Source of the DNA: a virus | Reading direction: 5' to 3' (one strand) | Virus record (IMG/VR): IMGVR_UViG_3300047289_000086 | Length of the DNA: 64,000 nucleotides | Shown: positions 41,701 through 52,200 of the stretch, piece after piece | Layout of the letters: the number at the start of each line of letters is the position of its first letter | How positions within the stretch are numbered: the first letter of the stretch is position 1 | Made by a program: the position numbers and the translations under genes | The notes under the pieces: generated by a model | Databases searched by the model: none | Told to the model about the DNA's origin: nothing | The model's input: the letters and a program-made list of their open reading frames with translations, nothing else

Positions 41701-44334
41701 AATAAATATATTGAAGCTGCGACGCAATACAAAATACCATTCTATTCTATTTCAGGAACTAAAGCTAATTTAAGCGGTGCTGATTATTTAACCTATAGCG
41801 ACAACGGTCTATACGTTAATCAAAGTGGCGTAACTGACTTACGTTTAAGCTATAACTTGCCAGGAATAACTGCTCCTGGTATGACCAGTAAGGGTAGTGC
41901 TGTAGGCATTGCTAGTGGTTTTAATAACAGTACAGGTGCGTACACTGCTGGAGTATTAGTTACCAACAACTATGATTCAGCACCTAGCTTTAGTGGTAAC
42001 GCTACTGGCGGTACTAAAATGAACCTAGGAACTAGCATTGCTGCTTGGGATAAGTTCTACTGGGGCACTGCCGCTATTCCAGCACCTGCTGGCTCAACAA
42101 CTACTTTTTTAAGAAATGATGGAACATGGGCAGTAGCAGGTACGGGAACTGTTAATACTAGCACAGCAGCTAGCCAATTAGCGTACTACTCGGCTGTAGG
42201 AACTGCAGTAAATGGTACTACATACTTAACTTATGAAGATAATGCTTTGTATGTTAATAAAGCAGGGGTTACAGATTTACGTTTAGGGTATAGTTTACCT
42301 AACGTAATAGCCCCTGGTATGACTACAACAGGCAGCGCATTAGCTATTGCCGCTGGTTTTAATAACAGTAGTGGAGTATTTACAGCAGGACTGCTGTTAA
42401 GTCGGAATGTTGACGGAGCAGCAAGTTTTAGTGGTACAGGAGATAATAACACTACTAAGATGAACCTAGGTACTAGCGCGAGTACTTGGGGTAAGTTTTA
42501 TTGGGGTACAGTTACTACAGGTATTGCTGCCCCTAGTGGAGATACTACTAAATTCTTAAGAAACGATGGCACTTGGATAGCTCCAGCGGGAGGAATTAGT
42601 TCTGTTACAGGCACATCTCCAGTTAATGCATCTACTACATCCGGAGCTGTAACAATTAGTATGTCGGCTGCTAGTTCAGGAGTAAACGGTTATATGACCA
42701 GTACGTATGCTACTAAGCTAGATGGTATAGCTACTGGTGCTACTGTTAACTCCGGTAATGTAAATGCAGGCAGTATTAACCAATTAACTTATTACTCTGC
42801 CACAGGTAGTACTGTTAGTGGTACCACCTACTTAACTTATGAAGATAATGCTTTATATATTAATAAACCTGGAGTTACTGATTTACGTTTAGGCTATAGT
42901 TTACCTGGAGTAATAGCTCCCGGCATGACTACAACAGGTAGCGCATTAGCTATTGCTGCTGGTTTTAATAACAGTAGTGGAGCATTTACAGCTGGAGTAT
43001 TAATTAGTCGTAATGTTGATAATGCTGCAAGTTTTAGCGGTGTTGGTGATACTAATACTACTAAGATGAACTTAGGAACTAGCTCAGCTAGTTGGGGTAA
43101 GTTTTATTGGGGTACTGCAGGTATTGATGCTCCAGCAGGCTCAACAGCTACCTTTTTACGTAATGACGGTACTTGGGCTTCACCAGTAGGAGCAGTAGTA
43201 AGCTCAATAACAGGAACAGCACCAATTAGCGCTTCAGCCTCAACTGGGGCAGTTACACTTAGTATGGCAGCTGCTAGTTCAGGTGTAAATGGTTATATGA
43301 CTGGTACATATGCTACTAAACTTGATGGCATTGCTGCTGGAGCAACTAACGTAACTAACACTAATCAATTAACAAACGGAGCAAGCTTTATTACTTTAGG
43401 TAGTATTAGCGCAACTGCACCAGTAAGTTATGTTAGCGGTGTTATTAGTATGGCAGCTGCGTCTTCTGGCGTAAACGGTTATATGACTGGAACTTATGCC
43501 ACTAAACTTGATGGCATTGCTGCTGGTGCAACTAACGTAACTAACACTAATCAGTTAACAAATGGAGCTGGTTATATTACTACTGCTGTAACTAGTGTCG
43601 GCGGTACAGGGAGCGGATTAGGATTTAGTTTAAGTGGTAGTGTTACAACAACAGGAAATCTAACTTTAGCTGCCCCAACAGTTGCAGCCCTACAAGGTAC
43701 TTTAGGTCTAGGTGCTTTAGCTTATGTAAGTAGTTTAACATCATTCACAGAACTCAATAATACAGCTTTAGCAGGCAATCCTTCAGCAACTGGTAGTAGA
43801 ATTCTCGGTACTTACAACGGTGCTAGAGCGTGGGCTACCATGGCCGAGGTTCGTGCAGTACTTGCTGATCAAGGCGGAACTGCTGGTAGTACAACATTCT
43901 TACGTGGAGACGGATATTGGGCAGTACCAGCAGAAGCAGATACTTTAGCAACTGTAACAAGTAGAGGTGCTTCAACCACTGCTGCTATATCAACAGGTAC
44001 TATAAGTGTTACTGGTTCAATCACTGCAACAGGTGATATTACGGCATATTCTGATGTTAGATTAAAAACTAATATTAAACCTATTAGTAATGCTTTTAAA
44101 GGTTCAGAAGATATCTATGGTGTAACTTATACTCGTACTGATACTGGCGATCGTGGTATGGGCTTTATTGCTCAAGACTTTGAAAAGCACTATCCTGATA
44201 TTGTTAACGAAAACGAAGATGGTATGCTTTCCTTAAAATACTTAAACATTATTGCTATTTTATGGGAACAGAATCGTGAACTGCACAGCCGTGTACAAGC
44301 CTTAGAGGTTAAGCATGACTCTACCAGCAAGTAA
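38707..44334 (+). CDS. tail fibre/spike with pectate-lyase-like beta-helix and C-terminal intramolecular chaperone domain
   Basis: YSVRDYGAKGDNSTDDTAAIQATI...GGTVYFPRGVY beta-helix start. C-terminus SDVRLKTNI...GFIAQDFEKHYPD is an S74-type autoproteolytic chaperone pattern. Three ~190 aa repeats. Confidence 0.85.
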   Translation: MAASLSAGVNSLILKLDTPYDSLRTYDIRDDLVKVKVWCSTTSGFTPSDSNLVFNASGLSIIISSIPNGTSTPTPIVAGTTYYVKYAFISAIEESEFTILSPTPAFAVPVTGAAGSSVSMVFKRSATQPATPDPSASTPAGWYPDVNSVPVGTDAIWTSVGSKSSTATLFTWQTPVRVEGEGGVRGDSARIAYKTQSQQLAAPVISETNSQTTGNTSFPTGWSGTITTPTAGQSLWAVDGIFNTPSNKTTWSTPYLTQGFPTTIQSDNYNANTLGWQIQRDTGNAFFNNVTARGSLITGDIAAQRIEINKVVTPGTATTQQVGTNRLEAFSSNNIRFLTLGGSGGTTQDTAVIGISANNNVINPVWIESSADIGSNILSNTLGKANAISSVSNNGGRLFYGYVTGPGANAPKDAFQIDVNSPNHTGNAIAINMGASTGSAISVGGSGDGYAIDAVTNTSGAAGTKSGIAYFRGIDFPTTQAVLTGSGSQAKITVNFTNLNTAGELTYSFTLEGVSYSFPLEYDFETFNSLPLFVSAIAASINNTWQVSYTTANTASPFASGSFILTKPTVGVATGTNSGSIGTFTGSFVNGTAPTYTTSNTKVRLTPFPNDTTKVLRGDGSWGTVAGSGGYVDLRYSVRDYGAKGDNSTDDTAAIQATINMARTTGGTVYFPRGVYTITSSLNYTAIAGNDPIYRVHFAGDGIGASLIRQIGSGDGLVIAGYTGSPINPNLYTHISDLQFVGSGSGQGLSITNGAYVYVEACHFTNWAYGFYGSNFLSSTFSACAFRFNQRGFVIERIAGGNYASSPNALTMLNCEIGANSLFGGWVLGPGVFTMQGGAIEGNGTTSGSTSNWGLKISEPSGSTAIESAVGVSLDGVYFEVNSGIADLWIESSSAKPGVTNNINGCSFVRISSNYPTYSILLYASSAANSYNNVISGCGFKGLSGYTPSASRMTISNYNTKVQLLGCSFDSVVDAYVTGDENQFETALRVPDLKDLSGNKYIEAATQYKIPFYSISGTKANLSGADYLTYSDNGLYVNQSGVTDLRLSYNLPGITAPGMTSKGSAVGIASGFNNSTGAYTAGVLVTNNYDSAPSFSGNATGGTKMNLGTSIAAWDKFYWGTAAIPAPAGSTTTFLRNDGTWAVAGTGTVNTSTAASQLAYYSAVGTAVNGTTYLTYEDNALYVNKAGVTDLRLGYSLPNVIAPGMTTTGSALAIAAGFNNSSGVFTAGLLLSRNVDGAASFSGTGDNNTTKMNLGTSASTWGKFYWGTVTTGIAAPSGDTTKFLRNDGTWIAPAGGISSVTGTSPVNASTTSGAVTISMSAASSGVNGYMTSTYATKLDGIATGATVNSGNVNAGSINQLTYYSATGSTVSGTTYLTYEDNALYINKPGVTDLRLGYSLPGVIAPGMTTTGSALAIAAGFNNSSGAFTAGVLISRNVDNAASFSGVGDTNTTKMNLGTSSASWGKFYWGTAGIDAPAGSTATFLRNDGTWASPVGAVVSSITGTAPISASASTGAVTLSMAAASSGVNGYMTGTYATKLDGIAAGATNVTNTNQLTNGASFITLGSISATAPVSYVSGVISMAAASSGVNGYMTGTYATKLDGIAAGATNVTNTNQLTNGAGYITTAVTSVGGTGSGLGFSLSGSVTTTGNLTLAAPTVAALQGTLGLGALAYVSSLTSFTELNNTALAGNPSATGSRILGTYNGARAWATMAEVRAVLADQGGTAGSTTFLRGDGYWAVPAEADTLATVTSRGASTTAAISTGTISVTGSITATGDITAYSDVRLKTNIKPISNAFKGSEDIYGVTYTRTDTGDRGMGFIAQDFEKHYPDIVNENEDGMLSLKYLNIIAILWEQNRELHSRVQALEVKHDSTSK

Positions 44335-45412
44335 TCTATCTTTTTCAGCTATTCAAACAGAGTTTGGTGGGAGTAATCCCATCTCTCTGAGTGAGTATTA
44401 TAAAGGAGGAACCTATGTTAACGCTTATACTGTTGGTTCAATTCCTACTTCTGGAGCAATTAGTTTAAGTCAGTTCTTAGGTAGGACTCAAGGTGTAAAT
44501 CCTACCTATAGCTTAACAAGATCTGTATCAAGTGTAAATGAGCCCGGTAGTTTTACTATAACTTTTAGTACTAATCAAAGCGGTTCTTTTGCCTATACAA
44601 TTTCAGGAATTAACTCTGCTGATATAGGCGGAGCTAGCTTAACAGGATCAGTTAGTAATGGCAGTGTTTTAACATATAGTGTAACTGCAGATGCTTCAAC
44701 CGAAAATGCAGAAACATTTACAATTGCTTTAGATAATGGTTTAGCATCTGCTAGTGTAACTATTAATGACACTTCTCAAACACCTCCAACAGCTGGAACT
44801 ATACTAAGTCAAGGTTGCGTTGCTTATGGCGTATCGCCCTATACTTATAGAATTGTTAGAGCTAATGGCAGTGGTGGAAGCTATAACGACGACACTCCTA
44901 ACAGTACAAGTTGCGGTTATGTAGCTCCTCCAGTATATGGAACCGTATTAAGTCAAGGTTGTGTTTATGCTTATGGTACAGCACCTTATACTTATCGAGT
45001 TACTAAAGCGGATGGTAGTGGGGGTAGCTTTAATGAAGATACTCCTAACAGTACAAGCTGCGGTTATGTTGCACCAGTTCCACCTTCTTCAGCTACCTGG
45101 AGTGTTGGATATAGTAATAGTGGAACAGCAGGAGCAATTAGTGTATTTGTACTTGTAACTCTTAATCAACCCGCAACTGTATATACTACATTTACCTTTA
45201 CTGGAGTAGTTGTACAAAACGGAGTAGCTTTCTCCGTACCAAGCGTAAATATTCCAGTAGGATCAACTTCAAGTAATCCTAGTGCATTCTCTGGAGTTTA
45301 TAACGGAAGCGGGCCTTATGTACCTATTACATTAAGAGCTACACCAAGTAGTGCTCCATATTCATTATCACCTTCAGGGTCTATTGATACTACATTCTAT
45401 TACAGCGCCTAA
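44315..45412 (+). CDS. fibre-associated structural protein with internal duplication
   Basis: GT.LSQGCV.YG..PYTYR...A.GSGGS.N.DTPNSTSCGYVAP occurs twice. Followed by a terminator. Confidence 0.55.
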   Translation: MTLPASNLSFSAIQTEFGGSNPISLSEYYKGGTYVNAYTVGSIPTSGAISLSQFLGRTQGVNPTYSLTRSVSSVNEPGSFTITFSTNQSGSFAYTISGINSADIGGASLTGSVSNGSVLTYSVTADASTENAETFTIALDNGLASASVTINDTSQTPPTAGTILSQGCVAYGVSPYTYRIVRANGSGGSYNDDTPNSTSCGYVAPPVYGTVLSQGCVYAYGTAPYTYRVTKADGSGGSFNEDTPNSTSCGYVAPVPPSSATWSVGYSNSGTAGAISVFVLVTLNQPATVYTTFTFTGVVVQNGVAFSVPSVNIPVGSTSSNPSAFSGVYNGSGPYVPITLRATPSSAPYSLSPSGSIDTTFYYSA

Positions 45413-45443
45413 ACTGGGATTAACCCTAAACTGTACTGTCCAA

Positions 45444-45479
45444 AATACCCTGTCCATTATATGGGCAGGGTATTTTTTT
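45444..45479 (+). terminator. intrinsic terminator
   Basis: AATACCCTG ... CAGGGTATT followed by TTTTTT. Confidence 0.7.
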
Positions 45480-45482
45480 GCA

Positions 45483-45511
45483 TTGACAACTTACCGCCCT
45501 TGTGGTATAAT
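45483..45511 (+). promoter_or_regulatory. consensus sigma70 promoter
   Basis: TTGACA-N17-TATAAT. Confidence 0.65.
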
Positions 45512-45634
45512 ATACCAAAATGTCAGAACGTTTCAATATTTTTTCTTGACAAGCTTTTAACTAGATGTAAAGGGCAGACCTGCCGTTTGGATTATAATTA
45601 AATATACAACCACTGCTAATAAGGAGATCTGATT

Positions 45635-45991
45635 ATGGTGGAGATTAACGACCACAGCCTCATTCAGACAGTTTCACTAGTTGCGTTAGCAGTTGTTGCT
45701 TTCTCAGTTGGAATACAGAAACTGTTAAAAGACTGGAAAAGTACTAATGCAGAAACTAGCGTAATTACTTTAATGCACACAGAGCTAGAGCGCATGAGTG
45801 AACAAAACGGCTTACTAGCAACCGAATTAAATCGCTTGCAACAAGAAATGATTTTACTTAATACTCAACTAGCACAGTTATGCATTGAAAACCAGCAACT
45901 ACAAACAGAAGTTGTTGCACTAACTGAAGAAGTTAATAAGTTTAGAGTATCAGCTACTATAGCAGCAGCTAAAAAGGTTAAGGTGGGCTAA
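45635..45991 (+). CDS. membrane-anchored coiled-coil protein
   Basis: N-terminal TM segment VSLVALAVVAFSVGI followed by a Leu/Gln heptad region. Own promoter. Confidence 0.5.
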   Translation: MVEINDHSLIQTVSLVALAVVAFSVGIQKLLKDWKSTNAETSVITLMHTELERMSEQNGLLATELNRLQQEMILLNTQLAQLCIENQQLQTEVVALTEEVNKFRVSATIAAAKKVKVG

Positions 45992-46584
45992 TGCAACCAG
46001 CAAAAATTAACTATAAAATCTATCAAGGCAGCACTTTTCAAGAGACATTTCGTTGGGAATCAGAAACAAAAGTTTATGTACCAATTTCGTCTATTGCAAA
46101 AGCAGCCCCTTGCGTAGTTACTACTACCACACCACATAATCTACCAATAGGCTGGAGATTTCGTGTAGTTGGTGCAGGTGGTATGAAAGAAATTAACTCA
46201 ACAGGTGAAGAATATCACCTGTCAACCCTTATACCCACTACTACTACTGTAGAAATAAATCAAGTAAATAGTTTGGCATATACTACGTATACAAGCGGCG
46301 GCGTAATAGAGTTTAACCAACCTGTTTCTTTAGCGGGGTATGCTGCACGTATGCAAATCCGTGAAACAGTAGACAGTCCTACAGTAATTCACGAAGCAAC
46401 AACGCAGAATACACAAATTAGTTTAGATAATACTACTAAAACAATTCAAATTACATTATTAGCAAATGTAACACAAGCTTTTACTTTTTCAACCGCAGTA
46501 TATAGTTTAGAACTATATAATGGTAACAATGTAATTCCGTTTATTTACGGAAATCTTACTTTAGTTCAAGAGGTTACTAGATGA
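45991..46584 (+). CDS. hypothetical structural protein
   Basis: 197 aa, TAATG overlap. Confidence 0.5.
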   Translation: MQPAKINYKIYQGSTFQETFRWESETKVYVPISSIAKAAPCVVTTTTPHNLPIGWRFRVVGAGGMKEINSTGEEYHLSTLIPTTTTVEINQVNSLAYTTYTSGGVIEFNQPVSLAGYAARMQIRETVDSPTVIHEATTQNTQISLDNTTKTIQITLLANVTQAFTFSTAVYSLELYNGNNVIPFIYGNLTLVQEVTR

Positions 46585-46850
46585 CAACCGAAGTAATTGT
46601 AACACAAAGTAACAATACTAGTATAGTTCAAGAACAACTAGTAAATCGCGTTGTCACAGACGATAAACCTGCTAGAATTATTACTAGTGGTATGATGCCA
46701 CCTCCGGCAGTAAATTCATTGACAAACTCCGCAGACGTTGACGTTAGTCAACTACGAGACGGCGGAGTATTAGTTTATAACACAGCAACAAATATGTGGA
46801 AAGCTACTAATTTGCTAGACAAGCAAATTTTTGAAGCTGGTCAATTTTAA
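46581..46850 (+). CDS. hypothetical protein
   Basis: 89 aa, ATGA overlap. Confidence 0.5.
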   Translation: MTTEVIVTQSNNTSIVQEQLVNRVVTDDKPARIITSGMMPPPAVNSLTNSADVDVSQLRDGGVLVYNTATNMWKATNLLDKQIFEAGQF

Positions 46851-46861
46851 AGGATTAAGCT

Positions 46862-48193
46862 ATGGCTTCTATTTTAAGAATTAAGCGCAGTGAAACGTCA
46901 GGTAATCCTGGGGTACTAGGCGCAGGCGAATTAGCCTATTCAGGCTTAACGGATAATGGATCAAATGGCGGTGATCGCCTCTATATTGGTCTAGGACTTG
47001 AAACTGCAGGAAATGCAGTAAATCACATTATTATTGGTGGTAAGCGCTATACCGACATGGTTGACGCAGCTACTAATCTAAACACAGTAGGCACACTAGT
47101 AAAACGCGATTCAAATGGTGATTTTACTGCACGCCGTGTTACAGCAGATTTAATTGGTAATGCCGATACAGCTACCAAATGGTTAAATGCTCGCAACTTA
47201 TCGTTAACAGGTGACGCAACTGCTACACTGTCAGCAATTGATGGTTCAGCAAATGTTTCCGCAGCTTTAACTTTAGCAAATACTGGAGTTACTGCAGGTA
47301 GTTATGGTAGTGCTACAGCAATTCCTACTTTTACTGTTGACACAAAAGGTCGATTAAGTGCTGCAGGTACTGTAGCTGTTGCAACTAATTTATTGATTGC
47401 AGGTAACACGGGCACAGATACAGTCAGTTTGTTAACCGATACCTTAACAGTTACTGGTGGTACAGGAATTACAACTGCTGTTACAAATAATACAATTACA
47501 ATTAGTTTACCACAAGCCGTATCACCTACATCAAATGTTACTTTCAACGATGTAACTGTATCTGGTACACTAAACTCAAATGACATTACTGCTGCAAATA
47601 TTTCTATTGCAGGTAATGCAGAAATCACAGGCAACTTAACAGTCTTAGGTACTGTTACCACAGTTAATTCAACTACTGTTGCAATTGGCGATAAAAATAT
47701 TGAGCTAGCCAAAGACGCTACTACTGCTGCACAGGCAGATGGCGGTGGTTTAACAGTCAAAGGTCCAACAGTTGCAGCAGCAATAACATATTCAAGTGGC
47801 GATGATCGCTGGAATATGAACAAAGATTTAAACGCTACAAATGTTTATGCTGAATTAGTTGGTAATGCAGCAACAGCTACCAAATGGAAAACAGCTCGCA
47901 ATTTATCGTTAACGGGCGATGCAACCGCTACATTAACAGCAGTTGATGGAAACGCAGCAGTTTCCGCAGCTCTTACATTAGCCACAGTTAACACAAACGT
48001 TGGTACTTATGGAGATTCTGTAACAGTGCCCACACTAACAGTAAATGCTAAAGGTTTGGTAACTGCTGTGTCACAAACAGTTATTCCAACAGCTACTACC
48101 TTAATCAAAGGTTTATCTAAGTTTCTTGCCACACAATTTACAGTTACTGACGGATTAGTCGAAATTGTGCAGGTTGATGGCGGAAGTTATTAA
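46862..48193 (+). CDS. tail fibre protein
   Basis: N-terminal L.IKRS...G.P..L..GELA fibre motif. Internal duplication [30 protein letters not shown]. Confidence 0.65.
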   Translation: MASILRIKRSETSGNPGVLGAGELAYSGLTDNGSNGGDRLYIGLGLETAGNAVNHIIIGGKRYTDMVDAATNLNTVGTLVKRDSNGDFTARRVTADLIGNADTATKWLNARNLSLTGDATATLSAIDGSANVSAALTLANTGVTAGSYGSATAIPTFTVDTKGRLSAAGTVAVATNLLIAGNTGTDTVSLLTDTLTVTGGTGITTAVTNNTITISLPQAVSPTSNVTFNDVTVSGTLNSNDITAANISIAGNAEITGNLTVLGTVTTVNSTTVAIGDKNIELAKDATTAAQADGGGLTVKGPTVAAAITYSSGDDRWNMNKDLNATNVYAELVGNAATATKWKTARNLSLTGDATATLTAVDGNAAVSAALTLATVNTNVGTYGDSVTVPTLTVNAKGLVTAVSQTVIPTATTLIKGLSKFLATQFTVTDGLVEIVQVDGGSY

Positions 48194-48204
48194 AAGGAGT
48201 AGTT

Positions 48205-48648
48205 ATGGCAATACTTAGTGGACCTATTACTTCAGCCTATGGCTATGACTCTCTTGTAGCTTTTAATGGACAAACAAATATAGTTGTAGTTGGCGGAAAT
48301 GGTGATGGCAGAATCAGTATTAGTAATAGTGTTATAACAGTAACTAATCCAGGTACTAGCTACACTGAAGGTATTGCAATTATAGGCGGTGGTACACGGA
48401 TTGTACTAACTGTTGATCCAGTACTTAAAATTCAACTTAAAAGAAGTTCTGTAACTGGAAAAATTCCTACTCAAGCTGATTTAGAAGACGGCGAGTTAGC
48501 AATAAATACTGCAGACGGCATTTTGTATTATAAAAATAATCAGGGCAACATTTCGTCACTATCCAGTGGCGGTGGCGGTGGCAGTACGGCACTAACCGAA
48601 CAAATAGCAACAGAAAAAGCCATTATTATGGCAATTGCATTGGGGTAA
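48205..48648 (+). CDS. fibre-like protein
   Basis: LKRSSVTGKIPTQADLEDGELAINTADGILYYK shares the fibre N-terminal motif. Confidence 0.5.
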   Translation: MAILSGPITSAYGYDSLVAFNGQTNIVVVGGNGDGRISISNSVITVTNPGTSYTEGIAIIGGGTRIVLTVDPVLKIQLKRSSVTGKIPTQADLEDGELAINTADGILYYKNNQGNISSLSSGGGGGSTALTEQIATEKAIIMAIALG

Positions 48649-48651
48649 TAT

Positions 48652-48972
48652 ATGGCAACAGTATTTGTAAATGGAATATCACGTGCCGTAGGTACTACTG
48701 AAGTAGAAGCTTTTAGTGCAGTAGATAAATCAATTGTAATTGGATGTTCAATAACTAATTTGTTATCTACAACAGTTCCAATCACAATTAAATTGCGAAG
48801 AGGTGGGGTAGATACTTACATCCACAAGGACAAACGAATAGAGAGCGGTGAGCCTTTTGAGCTCATGAAAGGCAACAAACTGGTACTTGCAACTAGCGAT
48901 AAACTAATTGTTTCATCAAAAGTAGATAGTAGCCTAGATGTTGTATTTTCAATACTACAAGGAGTCTCATAA
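48652..48972 (+). CDS. hypothetical protein
   Basis: 106 aa ORF in the fibre module. Confidence 0.5.
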   Translation: MATVFVNGISRAVGTTEVEAFSAVDKSIVIGCSITNLLSTTVPITIKLRRGGVDTYIHKDKRIESGEPFELMKGNKLVLATSDKLIVSSKVDSSLDVVFSILQGVS

Positions 48973-49202
48973 TGAGTGGTTTTTATGAAGGCACAGATTT
49001 AGCCGACAAGGTGTTTTATGGGTTTCGTCTAGACCCCGACACAGGCAATTTGAATGTAGAAGTTTTAGACGGGGATACTCCAGTCTCTTTGCCTGAAGAA
49101 GGCGTAATTGATAAGTATGAATACAAACAATGGGTTTGGTCAAAAGATACTATTCAGTTTGAGTGGGGTAATAAAGGACACTTACTTATGAGGCTAATAT
49201 AA
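48972..49202 (+). CDS. hypothetical protein
   Basis: 76 aa, TAATG overlap. Confidence 0.5.
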   Translation: MSGFYEGTDLADKVFYGFRLDPDTGNLNVEVLDGDTPVSLPEEGVIDKYEYKQWVWSKDTIQFEWGNKGHLLMRLI

Positions 49203-49203
49203 T

Positions 49204-52200
49204 ATGAGTCAACTAATTGATCTAGGAAAATTACGCTTCCACTTTGCTGGACAGTGGAGCGCCAGTACTACGTACGAATCTAATGATATCGTTAAGTACG
49301 GTGGTAACGTATACGTATATACATATGCTTTAAAATCAGCAGGCGTACTGCCGACCGACACAGCTTATTGGGCTTTAATGGTGTCTGGCTTTAACTTTAT
49401 GGGTGTCTTTACCACAACGGGTACTTATAAAGTAGGTGATGGTATTGCACACGGCGGAGTTGTTTACGTTTGTATTAAAGATGCTGTAAATATTACTCCT
49501 CCTAATACAACTTATTGGTCTAGATTTTTAGACGGTATTCAGTACGAAGGTGTATACTCACCAACAACTTCTTATCAAAAGAATGACGTTGTTAAATATG
49601 GTGGCTCAATTTTTGTTGCAAAACAAGACGGAACAAATAACTTACCAACAGTTACCGCATATTGGGATAAATTTGTAGAAGGCGTAAGCCCTAACGGTAT
49701 TTATAACGATGCTACTGCATATAAGCCAAACGATTTAGTTGCTTATGGTGCAAATATTTATCGCGCTAAAGTAGAGACAACTGCAAATGCTCCAAGTAAC
49801 ACAACTTACTGGGAATTATATGTTGGCGGCATTAAATTTACTGGTAATTTTAGCGCAGTAACAGAATATTATGTTAATGATATTGTTGTGTATGGTAACA
49901 ACATTTATCGTTCTAGACAAACACAATCTAATGTTCTTCCAACAGTTTCAGCTAATTGGGAATTATTAACGGCGGGTAATAGTTACAAAGGTACTTACGT
50001 AAACGCTACTGCATACTTTCAGGGCGATATCGTTAGCTATGGCGGCAATGTTTATATTGCACTTGGTGTAACAACAGGTAATTTACCCACAGATACTACT
50101 AAGTGGCAGATTTATAGTTCTGGTTTCTCTTACCAAGGTGTTTGGTCTAGTGGAACAGCTTATAAGATTAATGAGATCGTTGGTTACGGTGGTTCTTTAT
50201 ATCGCTCTAAATCTGATAATCAAAATGTTAATCCTACAACAACAGCTACTTGGGATAAAGTAGTTGCAGGATTTAAAATTAGCGGTCCTTGGTCTACAAG
50301 TACACAGTACGCTACGGATGAAGTTGTTACTTATGGTGGCAACACTTACATTTCTATTTTACCACACGCTTCTACAGTATTTGCTACTGACTTAGCTGCT
50401 AATAAATGGCAAAAGTTTAACTCAGGTATTCGTTGGATGGGTACTTGGGTAAGTACTACTCAATACTACAAAGATGACGTTGTAAAAGCAGGAGCTTCTA
50501 GTTTCATTGCAAACGTCGATACTATCGGCGGAAGTAACCCAGCTGGTGGGACAAATACAAACTGGAGTAGCTTTGCTACTGGTGCTGAAGGGTTCTTGTC
50601 TAAAGACGGCGATGCGATGTTGGGTATGCTTACCCTGTATGCAGCCCCAACAGATCCGTTACATGCAGCTACTAAAGCCTACGCAGATTTATTCTTAAAT
50701 CGCACGGCAGGTGGCACAGTTACTGGACCAATAGTTGCTAGCGGTGCTGCTGCTACGTATACTGCCACAGGCGGTGCTACTATTAACATTAATGGTGGCA
50801 GTTTAAATCTTACTAACGGTACAACACTTACAACTGACGGTACTTCTACACTTGGCAACACGCGCGTAAGTGGTAGCTTAGATGTTGATGGTGATCTTAA
50901 TGTTGACGGTGGTGATTTAACCGTTTCAGGTACTACTTTCAACCTTGCAAATACCACAGTTACTACAGTTAATTTGGCTGGTGCTGCTACCACAGTTAAT
51001 GTTGGTGCTGCAACTGGTACAACTACTGTTAAGAATAACTTGGTTGTTGATGGTGATGTACAGGTTAAAGGTGGTGACATTACCACTAACCAAACAACTT
51101 TTAACTTATTAAACACAACTGCAACAACTGTAAATGCATTTAATGCAGCAACAACCTTAAATATTGCTGGTGCTGCTACTACTGTTGAAATCGGTGCTGC
51201 AACTGGTACAACCAATATCAATAACAACGTTGTTATTGACGGGGTACTTGATGTTATTAGTGGCTCTACAGTTACAAATACAACAGACGACCCTACTGGT
51301 TTCGATAACCAACATCCTGATACTCGCGGTGTTGTAGAGTTTAGCGATAATGGTACACGTGTTTATTCAATCGACAAAAATGGTGATGTTACTGTTCGTG
51401 AGAACAGTCAGTTTGCTACTGGCACAGCCTATCAAACTGCAGCAATAGCAAAAACATTAGCAATCTTTCCTGCTCCAGGCCAAACAAAATTTGTTTACTG
51501 GATCAGTGGTGTACGTTACGAAAAAACAACATTAGTAACCAGTACAGCGTCAAATATTAATGGGTATAATTATTTCTACTTTAGTGGTGCTTCATTAACA
51601 AATGGTACTACACGCAATGATGGGATTTTAACTACAAAAGCAAATGTTGCTGCTGTTCGTGGAACTAGTCAAAACAATCGTGCTATATCAGTTGAAGATC
51701 AACGACATGGCATTTCAATTGATGGAGCTACATTAGCTTATATCAAACGTGCTGAAGGCATTAAATTAGTAAGCGGTCACGGTGTTACACCAGGAACTGT
51801 TGGTACAGGTATCTATACTAATACTAAAGCTGGTGAATTACGTGATGCAGATTTAACTATTACTAGCCCTGTAAAAACTTCTAATAAGTTTTTAGTACGT
51901 GATGTTAATGACTGGAAATTAGCAGACAATAACGATAATTTATTAAGTTATAAATTAGGTATTTTAAGTGGTGTAACAGTTACTGCTCAAGGTAGCGGTT
52001 ATTCAGGTTTAACAACCTCATTGAGTGTTCAAGGTGATGGCGAAGGTGCTACAGTAACTCCAATTTTGGCAGGTGCTGCATTACAATCAATTACACTTAA
52101 TAATGGTGGTACTAACTACGCTAATAACTCTACTGTTACTCTTTTAGGTGACGGCACTGGTGCTACAGCAACTATTGTTGTCCCACCAGGTAAAAACGTT

